From a virus, in the IMG/VR virus record IMGVR_UViG_3300002461_000026, positions 1-42,792 of that record: 42,792 nt of DNA; one strand, 5' to 3'. Positions 22,528 through 29,645 of this stretch are shown here, piece by piece. The notes beneath the pieces were generated by a model, which worked only from the letters and a program-made list of their open reading frames with translations, did not search any database and had not been told where the DNA came from. How positions within the stretch are numbered: position 1 is the first letter of the stretch; each line of letters starts with the position of its first letter. The translations under genes were made by a program, and so were the position numbers.

Positions 22528-24990
22528 TCAACTGAACATGAATTCGCTTTGCAGCACGTCCTGTAGGTTCAACTCCCCGCGCTGTGGCGGTTCGCCGATG
22601 CCTCCGACTTCCCAAAGGAATTCGGCAAGCAGATTGCTACGTGAGTACAGGCTAACAAATTCCTTGCGGATGATCTCTTGCATCCGGTCCACATCACATG
22701 GGTGTGTACCGAACGAGTCGTGGATCGCCACAACGTCCAAGCCTTCGCGGTGCATTTCGTTCGCCACCATGGTTAGGTGACTGGCGTCAAGTGCGTGCAC
22801 GAAGTTCGGGCTGATTGCATTCGCCATGCTGTGAGCGCGGGTACCCTCGGTCCAGTCGCGTACCCAGATGTGCGTCACGCCGCAGGAGTTCAGCTTGACG
22901 CGCACGTCTTTGAACTCTTGGTAATCGTGCTGCACCCAGAATCCGGTGGGAGTGTGCCACGTCATGCGCTTGCCGTTCGGCATCTGGCGGCTGATGTCCT
23001 TGAGCCACTGCATCGCTGCTGCGGCTGCGGGGACGGCCACGGCGATACCGGCGAACAGCCTCTTCGCGATGTACATGCAGTGCTCGAAGGACTTCGTGGG
23101 CTCAAGCCACGTCTTGCCAGCGGCAGACAGCAGCCCCTTGTTCAGCAGCATCTCGATGTGCTCCGCGCTTCCGCGCAGCGTGGCACCGTACACGTACGTC
23201 ATCACAGGCTTCTTCGCCATGTCGCGGGGAATGCCCACGTCGAGGCACCACTGGGCCAGCGTGCGAACATCCTCGTCGGTGCTTTCGAGGTCAAGCTGGA
23301 TCATGCGCAGCGTTGCCGTAGCCACGCGGCTGTAGATGTCCTGCTTGGGGCCGCATTGGTTCGGATCGGTCAGGTTCACGTACAGCCCGCCCACGGGGTC
23401 GCGCAGCAGGGCGCTGAAGTGTTGCAGCCCTGAGCACGTGGCGTCCATGTGGATCGGGATGCCGGTGCGGTACGCAGCCGGGTTGCCTGAGCGGTACGCC
23501 TCACGGAGTTCCCACGCGGCGCTGAACATGCACCACGGTGCGTCCTTGCCCCAGACCTCGGGGCTGTCCTCGGGGTTGTCCAGCGCGAGTGCAATGCGGT
23601 CCCAGTTCTGCTCGGTCCAGCGTGCCCGGTCGTCCATGCGCTCCTTGTCGAAGCCGAACGAGTTCGCAATGTGCACCTTCAGCCAGTACAGGCCGCGCTC
23701 TCCCAGCGACTTCTGGCGGTCGAAGTGCAGCACACCCTTCGCCAGATCGGAGCCCTGCGGATTCGGGAGGCCACGGTAGTACCAGCGGCCACGGGAGTCG
23801 AAGTACATCGGGAACCAGTACGGGCCGACTGCCTCACGGGTCGAGCGCAGGAACGAGCCGACTTCGCGGACCCGGCCCTTCCACTCGCGTAGCTCCTCGT
23901 AGTACGCGGCGACGCTGCGCTTCCACTGATTGAACACGGCAAGCTCGTCCTCGGTCGCGGACTCGCGCACCCACGTCTCGCTCAGCGGGAACTCGGGGCG
24001 CACGGGCGGGCGGTTGCTAGGGACGCCCATGACGTTGCCACCGCTGGACCACACCCGCACGGTGCCGTCACGGGTGGGCACGTGCATGCGGAACGGGATG
24101 CTTTGCATGTAGTTCCCGGCGTTGAACACCTGCGGCATCTTCTCGGCGGTGAACGCCTCAGCCACAGCGCCTCGTGCATCCTTGCGGAGCTTCCGCACGT
24201 TCAGCAGCGGGGCCGCAGCCTTGCGGCGGATGCTGAGGTACCCGCCGTCTGTGAGGTTCGTCCATGGATCGGGCTCGCACAGCATGCGCGTGTCCTCCTT
24301 GCTGATGAGGCCGCGCACATCGTCGCGGTCGTATCCCATCAGAAAGTCGGCCACATCGTCGGCCAGCACGTACGCGACAGTCGTGCCGTTCTTGTTCACA
24401 CCCCGGACCATCTCGATGAGGCCAGCGTCGAAGCATGCGTCGATGCCGAACTTGCCGATCTGCATCATCTCGGCCTTCGTGATGCTCAGGTCCAGTGTGC
24501 CCTTGAACACACGGTCCACGGCCACGTTGTACAGGCGGCGCAGGTGCTGCCGGTCGCGGGTGGCGTGGTCCTTCACCTGATCGTGCACCTTCTGCATGTA
24601 CACGGGGTTCACAGCCTCTGCCTGCCGGATGCGGACCTCTAGCTCCCAGAGCTTGCCCACGTTCGAGGTCAGGTCCTGCACGTGCACATGCGTGTCGGGG
24701 CTGCTGCACATGCGGATGCACTCACGAATGCTGATGACCGCAGCCACTTCACTTGGGAGTGCACGCAGCCACGTCTTGTACTTGCCGCCGAGCCCACGGG
24801 TCGTCTCACCCGCTACGCGCTCAAGCGACTCCTGCACGGCTGCGCACATGCGACCGATAAGCGCGTGTGCCCGGGGCAGGTCAGCGTCACCCTTCTGGGC
24901 CGCTGCAATCAACTCCTTCAGCCGGTGCGCTTGCGCCTCGGTGTCGGTGTCGAGTTCATACCGCAACTGCACATCGCGCAGATCGTTCAT
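22528..24990 (-). CDS. Single-subunit DNA-dependent RNA polymerase (T7 gp1-like)
   Basis: 820 aa. HMDATCSGLQHFSA and VAIHDSFGTH match the T7 RNAP catalytic motifs (DGSCSGIQHFSA, HDSFGT). AAGGAG lies 6 nt upstream. Confidence 0.97.
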   Translation of the reverse strand: MNDLRDVQLRYELDTDTEAQAHRLKELIAAAQKGDADLPRAHALIGRMCAAVQESLERVAGETTRGLGGKYKTWLRALPSEVAAVISIRECIRMCSSPDTHVHVQDLTSNVGKLWELEVRIRQAEAVNPVYMQKVHDQVKDHATRDRQHLRRLYNVAVDRVFKGTLDLSITKAEMMQIGKFGIDACFDAGLIEMVRGVNKNGTTVAYVLADDVADFLMGYDRDDVRGLISKEDTRMLCEPDPWTNLTDGGYLSIRRKAAAPLLNVRKLRKDARGAVAEAFTAEKMPQVFNAGNYMQSIPFRMHVPTRDGTVRVWSSGGNVMGVPSNRPPVRPEFPLSETWVRESATEDELAVFNQWKRSVAAYYEELREWKGRVREVGSFLRSTREAVGPYWFPMYFDSRGRWYYRGLPNPQGSDLAKGVLHFDRQKSLGERGLYWLKVHIANSFGFDKERMDDRARWTEQNWDRIALALDNPEDSPEVWGKDAPWCMFSAAWELREAYRSGNPAAYRTGIPIHMDATCSGLQHFSALLRDPVGGLYVNLTDPNQCGPKQDIYSRVATATLRMIQLDLESTDEDVRTLAQWCLDVGIPRDMAKKPVMTYVYGATLRGSAEHIEMLLNKGLLSAAGKTWLEPTKSFEHCMYIAKRLFAGIAVAVPAAAAAMQWLKDISRQMPNGKRMTWHTPTGFWVQHDYQEFKDVRVKLNSCGVTHIWVRDWTEGTRAHSMANAISPNFVHALDASHLTMVANEMHREGLDVVAIHDSFGTHPCDVDRMQEIIRKEFVSLYSRSNLLAEFLWEVGGIGEPPQRGELNLQDVLQSEFMFS

Positions 24991-24999
24991 GTGGTCTCC

Positions 25000-25098
25000 T
25001 TATCGTGAAAACAGTGTCCGCAGTAGTGCTTCTAGGGCTACGAGCCCAGCGATGAGGCCGACGATTACGCCTGCCCCAAACCAGAGGATGCCGCTCAC
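25000..25098 (-). CDS. Possible 32-codon single-TM micro-protein
   Basis: Read by hand: VSGILWFGAGVIVGLIAGLVALEALLRTLFSR. GTG start in a GTGA overlap with the stop of 25095..25277. Its TAA is part of the RNAP RBS (TAAGGAG). It fills the only gap here. Confidence 0.35.
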   Translation of the reverse strand: MSGILWFGAGVIVGLIAGLVALEALLRTLFSR

Positions 25099-25277
25099 AG
25101 CCGAATACCGTACTCGCGCATGGCGCTGGTGCGTGCGTAGTCGCACGCGGCTGGGAAGCTGTCCTCGTGCTCGGCCAGCACCTCTCGGGCGCGGGCCGGG
25201 TTGCCGGTCTCCATGGCTGCGTATACGAGGTCCGTGATGCGCTCGGTGTCGGTCTGTTCGTGGCTCTTGATCTGCAT
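25095..25277 (-). CDS. Hypothetical protein (60 aa, acidic)
   Basis: TAAGGAG lies 5 nt upstream of the ATG. ORF track. Confidence 0.75.
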   Translation of the reverse strand: MQIKSHEQTDTERITDLVYAAMETGNPARAREVLAEHEDSFPAACDYARTSAMREYGIRL

Positions 25278-25286
25278 GGGGTCTCC

Positions 25287-25604
25287 TTAACGGGTGAGGC
25301 CACGCCACGCCCGTAGGCGGTTGGCGAGGCGTTGGTTCAGGTGCTTGATCTTCGTGTCGAAGACGCGGCGGATGAAGTACGTGCGGGCCACGCTCACGAA
25401 CGTCATCCCGAAGCCGATCAGCAGGTTCTGCATCACGGTCACGGGGAGCCCCACGAGGGGTAGGATGATGGCGTTCGCCACGAAGCTGATGCCGAAGCCG
25501 ATCCACACATTCGTGCACGCTTCGATCAGTGACTCAAGCCTTGTTTGTGCCAGGGTCGCGCTCCGTGTACTGCGGCGGGTTCGATGCCGCGTTGAGGTCT
25601 GCAA
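25287..25604 (-). CDS. Small integral membrane protein (start uncertain)
   Basis: SLIEACTNVWIGFGISFVANAIILPLVGLPVTVMQNLLIGFGMTFVSVARTYFIRRVF gives two TM helices and resembles a common phage membrane-protein family. The only in-frame start before the conserved part is TTG at 25604, which overlaps the upstream gene by 71 nt. Confidence 0.55.
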   Translation of the reverse strand: MQTSTRHRTRRSTRSATLAQTRLESLIEACTNVWIGFGISFVANAIILPLVGLPVTVMQNLLIGFGMTFVSVARTYFIRRVFDTKIKHLNQRLANRLRAWRGLTR

Positions 25605-26199
25605 GGTGGCCCTGTACGGCGGCGAGGGCCGTCATCAGGGTGTCGAGGTCTTGCTTCGGTGGGCGGTCGTCGTTCAGCATCTTGGACACTTCCGCGTCAA
25701 GGATGATGCACAGGCAGGCCGCAGCGTTCGCGAGGTGGTGCACCTTGGACACTGGGTCGCGGTCCTCACCGTTCCACCACTTGCTCATGTGGCGGCGGCA
25801 GGCCGCGATGTACGTGCTGGCGCGTACGCCTGCAACACGCCAGTTGTACGCACCGTACTTGCTCGCACCCTCGAAGAACGCGGTAGCCACGTGGGCCACT
25901 GCGGCATCTGGGACGAGGTGCAAGGCGAGCTTCGCGGAGCCAAGTGCTTCCTTCGGGTTGCTAGCCTTGGTGCCGGTCGGCGTAAGGTTCAGCACCGGGT
26001 AATCCACACCAGCGATAGCTGCCCGGAAACGGGACTCCAAGAACGAGTACTCCTCGTCCCTGTCGTTCTTCACGTAGATGGCCGGGTGGCCAAGGTTCGG
26101 GCGGGTCACGGTGTAAATGCGCCCCTTGGTGAAGCCGAAGTCCGTCAGTTCCTCGTTGTCGCGGGGAGTCACTTTGTCGCCGGTCTTGAATGCGTGCAT
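25534..26199 (-). CDS. Protein with C-terminal dATP/dGTP diphosphohydrolase-like domain (DUF5664-like) and N-terminal SH3-like domain
   Basis: NPKEALGSAKLALHLVPDAAVAHVATAFFEGASKYGAYNWR...YIAACRRHMSKWWNGEDRDPVSKVHHLANAAACLCIILDA matches, from memory, the K-x-L-H-L-V-P / KYG-x-x-NW / RH-x-x-x-W signature of that family. AAGGAG upstream. Confidence 0.85.
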   Translation of the reverse strand: MHAFKTGDKVTPRDNEELTDFGFTKGRIYTVTRPNLGHPAIYVKNDRDEEYSFLESRFRAAIAGVDYPVLNLTPTGTKASNPKEALGSAKLALHLVPDAAVAHVATAFFEGASKYGAYNWRVAGVRASTYIAACRRHMSKWWNGEDRDPVSKVHHLANAAACLCIILDAEVSKMLNDDRPPKQDLDTLMTALAAVQGHLADLNAASNPPQYTERDPGTNKA

Positions 26200-26208
26200 G
26201 GTCGCTCC

Positions 26209-26997
26209 TTAGATACAGGTCAGCAGGCTGGCCCGCTTGCCCTTGCTGTTCATGGTGAATCGGGTACGGCTGTGCCCTCCGCAGGCGTCTGCAAGGCAGC
26301 GATACGCTTGGTACGTGCCCACCCCGCGATGGATGATCTCGCCGGGTTCCACGTGCTCGGAGCCGCAGCGCGGGCAGCGTTGCTTCTCGTCGTTGAAGTA
26401 CTGTGCGACGTTCGGGTGCTTGCGTACCCACGGGCGCAGCTTGAGGTACCACTCCTCGGTTGACAGCACGTCCACCTTGTTGTAGTCACGCGCTTCTTTG
26501 TACGCGGCTGGGTTCCCGTCGAGGATGCCCAACCACAGCGAGAAGCCGGGGAACTTCAAGTGCTTGGACTTCTGAATGCTCGTCATGCCGGACACGTACT
26601 CCAGCTTGTTCGAGGTGAAGCGGGCCACCTCGCGTGACATCAGCAGCGTGTCGGCCACCTGCGGTTCGCGGAAGGGCTTGAGGCCGTGGTACACAGCGCG
26701 GGCGCGAATCTTGCCCAAGTCGAACTTCTGCACGTTCTGGCCCACCACGATGTCGGCCTCGTCCAGCGCATCGCAAAGCCACCGTGTGACTTCCTTGTCG
26801 TCGTACGGGTCGCCAGTGGATTCGGTGTCCATGATGTGCACCGGCTTCTTGTGCATCCACTTGAAAGCACCCATGAAGATTGCCCAGTCCTTCACCAGCC
26901 GGTCGAGTGCCCGGGGCTCGTCGAACAGGCTCCAGTTGTGGGTGGTGATCGGCAGCGTCTCGATGTCCGCTGTCAGAATCTTCGGCCCTTTGGTCAT
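26209..26997 (-). CDS. DEDD-type 3'-5' exonuclease with C-terminal zinc ribbon
   Basis: Exo motifs ILTADIETLP (DxE), VVGQNVQKFDL and YNKVDV. C-terminal CPRCG...CLADACGG. ATGA overlap with endonuclease VII. Confidence 0.85.
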   Translation of the reverse strand: MTKGPKILTADIETLPITTHNWSLFDEPRALDRLVKDWAIFMGAFKWMHKKPVHIMDTESTGDPYDDKEVTRWLCDALDEADIVVGQNVQKFDLGKIRARAVYHGLKPFREPQVADTLLMSREVARFTSNKLEYVSGMTSIQKSKHLKFPGFSLWLGILDGNPAAYKEARDYNKVDVLSTEEWYLKLRPWVRKHPNVAQYFNDEKQRCPRCGSEHVEPGEIIHRGVGTYQAYRCLADACGGHSRTRFTMNSKGKRASLLTCI

Positions 26998-27506
26998 GTG
27001 GTTCCTTCTTTTCGTTTGCGGGCTGCGAGTTCTCGCTTCGCCCGGACGGCTGCTGCGGCTTCGCGCTTCGCCTTGTTGCGGGTATCCCGTTTCTCGTCGG
27101 GGGTCTTGTGCATCGGGTATATCATGGGCTTCTTCGGCCCCCTCAGATACGCCAGTGTGTTCTCAAGATACGCGATGATGTCGGCGTACGCGGAAGACTT
27201 CGCACCCCACCTTGCGGCAGCGTTGCTGATCTTACCCTCGGCTGCGTTGCACGAGCGGTGCAGCAGCCCTCGAATGCGTCCATCATCGTGGTCGTGGTCG
27301 ATCACACCTTCACCCTTGATGCTCAGGTCGATGAGCTTGCCGCACAGCGGGCACAGGCCACCCTGCTCCTTGTGCAGGCGGTGTGCGTACGAGCGCATCA
27401 TGCTTCGCGCCAGCTTGACAACCCGCTCAGCCTTCGCGGCCTCGGGCGTCTGCACCGGCACGAGCATGCTCGCGTCGAGTTCAATCGGCGTTGGTATCTC
27501 CAACAT
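26994..27506 (-). CDS. Recombination endonuclease VII
   Basis: GLCPLCGKLIDLSIKGEGVIDHDHDDGRIRGLLHRSCNAAEGK is the T4 endo VII family signature. AAGGAGG upstream. Confidence 0.9.
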   Translation of the reverse strand: MLEIPTPIELDASMLVPVQTPEAAKAERVVKLARSMMRSYAHRLHKEQGGLCPLCGKLIDLSIKGEGVIDHDHDDGRIRGLLHRSCNAAEGKISNAAARWGAKSSAYADIIAYLENTLAYLRGPKKPMIYPMHKTPDEKRDTRNKAKREAAAAVRAKRELAARKRKEGTT

Positions 27507-28416
27507 CAGCGGCCTCCTTTGGAATTACCCAGTCGCGGTGCAGGCAGTCGTCGATGAACTTCGCGTTAGCGTCACTCATGGCCTGCTCCCGGAAGTACGT
27601 GAGCACGTTGTCTTTTGGCCACCGCGTCAACCACAGCAGCCAGCCCTCGGCCAGCGGATTCTGGTCGATGGCACGGTACGCGTCGATCACGAGGTTCGCT
27701 GCGTGCTCGATGGTCTTGCACTGGCCGATCAGGCCGTACGCACCAGAAGGGCCGCATAGCGCCCCGTTCAACCGCCGCACACCTTGGATGTGGTCGGCGG
27801 TGTCGCCGCACAGCATCTGGCCCCAGAAGAACATGGGGCCTTGTCCGGCTAGCTTCGGGGTTCCGCTCGGGGTGTGCTTCAGGTTCACGAAGCCCACAGG
27901 CTGGCCCTGCATGATCTGCCCACGGTCAAGCTCCCAGTACGGGTGCGGCGTCATGCGCAAGTCCTTGTCTTCCGACTGGATCACGCCGTTCTCGCCGAAC
28001 ACGTATGCGTCTTGGATCATGCCGTCATCGGCCTCAAGCTCGCGGTGCATGATCACGCTGTACTCATCGAGCCACGTGTTATGGTCCGCGATGGCTTCGC
28101 GCAGTGGCTCCAGCAGCGAAGGCTTCGCCTTGTTCGTGCGGTTGCCTTGGTAGGGCTTGGTCGCCTTCACACGGAACCGGCCATGCTTATCGCTGCCGCT
28201 TGCCGTGAGGTGGATGCGTGCGGACTGCGCACCGGCTAGGAACATCCGCTTCAGGATTTCCTGTTGGTACCGGTTGACCGCAGTATCCAGACGCTTCGCG
28301 GTGGCCGCTGCGACGTACGCAGGACCATCGCCGTCGATGATGAGTGTGCGTCCCAGCACAGCCGAGTTGAACTGATCCGGGACATCATCTAGGTTAACTC
28401 CGAGGATCGTACGCAT
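27481..28416 (-). CDS. 5'-3' exonuclease (T7 gp6 / FEN-like)
   Basis: LIIDGDGPAYVAA near the N-terminus and ELEADDGM are typical of T7 gp6-type exonucleases. AAGGA upstream. Confidence 0.9.
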   Translation of the reverse strand: MRTILGVNLDDVPDQFNSAVLGRTLIIDGDGPAYVAAATAKRLDTAVNRYQQEILKRMFLAGAQSARIHLTASGSDKHGRFRVKATKPYQGNRTNKAKPSLLEPLREAIADHNTWLDEYSVIMHRELEADDGMIQDAYVFGENGVIQSEDKDLRMTPHPYWELDRGQIMQGQPVGFVNLKHTPSGTPKLAGQGPMFFWGQMLCGDTADHIQGVRRLNGALCGPSGAYGLIGQCKTIEHAANLVIDAYRAIDQNPLAEGWLLWLTRWPKDNVLTYFREQAMSDANAKFIDDCLHRDWVIPKEAADVGDTNAD

Positions 28417-28606
28417 TCAGCATCCTTTGCAGAGTTCGCCGCACCTCGCACAGCGTGAGGTTGCGCAACTTCTCAGCGCCAATTTGTTGCAGGTCAAGGT
28501 ACCTCATTCGTACCTTGAACTCTGCAACACCTGCTGGCCCTGATACGTACGCGCACGCCCACTCGTCCCCGGTGTCGGGGATGGTGTCGATGCGCGTCTC
28601 GATCAT
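28394..28606 (-). CDS. Hypothetical protein (70 aa)
   Basis: This is the C-terminal part of track ORF 28394..28921. The ATG at 28604-28606 forms an ATGA overlap with the stop of 28603..29493. The 3' end overlaps the exonuclease start by 23 nt. Confidence 0.6.
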   Translation of the reverse strand: MIETRIDTIPDTGDEWACAYVSGPAGVAEFKVRMRYLDLQQIGAEKLRNLTLCEVRRTLQRMLNAYDPRS

Positions 28607-29493
28607 GCGGGCAGCACAGGCATGGCCGGGGCGGCCACCACCGGGGCAACAGGGGCCGCCACAGGGGCCACAGGAGCCGCGATCACCGGCTGGACAGGCG
28701 CAGCTACCACCGGGGCCGCTACGACGCCCACAGGGCCGCTTGGCAGCGCCAGAGCGGGTGCACCGCCCAGCAGTTGCTGGAGTGGCGAGCCTTGGAAGTC
28801 CAGCGCCTTCAGGATGGTCTCCTGAATGCGGTTCTTCGACGCGGCGGGCTTGCCGTCCTTGGCCTCGTACTGGCCTTCGACGTACAGCGAGTCCCAGCCT
28901 GCCTTGGTGGGCTTGCCCCACAGGAACATGCGGTACGCGCTGTCTGGCGCTGCCGGGATGTTGTACGGCTGGCGGGTCACGGGGTCCAGCGGCGGCAGGA
29001 ACGCCTTCTCGTCGATGCGGGAGACGATCTTGGGGTCGGTCTTGGACTTCGGCACGTGCTTGATCTTGATGAGGAACGCCTCACCGATCATCTGCGCGAA
29101 GCCCTTGGCAGTGCCGCGCCAGTTCATCGCCTTGAACAGCAGGAACGCACCGGCCTTCTCGTTGCGGGACAGCGCCTTGTTGTACGTGCGGATGATGTAC
29201 GGGGTGCCGTCATCGTTGTGGTACTTCAGCGTCTGACCCGGGTTCGCTGGGTCGGGCACTTCGCCCCACAGCGCGAAGCCGATGCTGAACTCCAGCGCGG
29301 GTTCCTTGGGCTTGCCGTTGAACTCTTGCGGTTGTTGGCCGTACTCAATGTACTCGACGAGGCGACCGAACGCATAGCCCTCGGGGAGCAGGCGACCGCC
29401 ACCACCGCCGACAACGGCTTCGTTCATGTCGAAGCCTTGCTCGGCTACGGCCTCGTTTGCGAGGGCTTGGAATTGTGCGAGAACTTGACTCAT
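28603..29493 (-). CDS. Conserved replication-module protein with Pro/Ala/Val-repeat C-terminal tail (possible DNA-binding protein)
   Basis: 296 aa. AAGGAA upstream. Sits between DNAP and the exonuclease, where T7-like phages often encode an SSB, so the function is inferred from position only. The tail is VVAAPVVAAPVQPVIAAPVAPVAAPVAPVVAAPAMPVLPA. Confidence 0.85.
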   Translation of the reverse strand: MSQVLAQFQALANEAVAEQGFDMNEAVVGGGGGRLLPEGYAFGRLVEYIEYGQQPQEFNGKPKEPALEFSIGFALWGEVPDPANPGQTLKYHNDDGTPYIIRTYNKALSRNEKAGAFLLFKAMNWRGTAKGFAQMIGEAFLIKIKHVPKSKTDPKIVSRIDEKAFLPPLDPVTRQPYNIPAAPDSAYRMFLWGKPTKAGWDSLYVEGQYEAKDGKPAASKNRIQETILKALDFQGSPLQQLLGGAPALALPSGPVGVVAAPVVAAPVQPVIAAPVAPVAAPVAPVVAAPAMPVLPA

Positions 29494-29505
29494 GTGTGTT
29501 TCCTT

Positions 29506-29637
29506 TCAGGTGGTGGGGACAGCGATGACGAGCTTGCCGATTTGCAAGATCACGTCGAGGATCAACAGTACCAGAACGGCCCAGTTGAATTTCTTGTCTT
29601 TGACGCTCTGAGCGAGCGCCGCGATCATGTTGAGCAT
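29506..29637 (-). CDS. Possible 43-aa single-TM micro-protein
   Basis: Read by hand: MLNMIAALAQSVKDKKFNWAVLVLLILDVILQIGKLVIAVPTT. TAAGGAGG lies 3 nt upstream; its TAA is the DNAP stop. Confidence 0.5.
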   Translation of the reverse strand: MLNMIAALAQSVKDKKFNWAVLVLLILDVILQIGKLVIAVPTT

Positions 29638-29645
29638 AGACCTCC

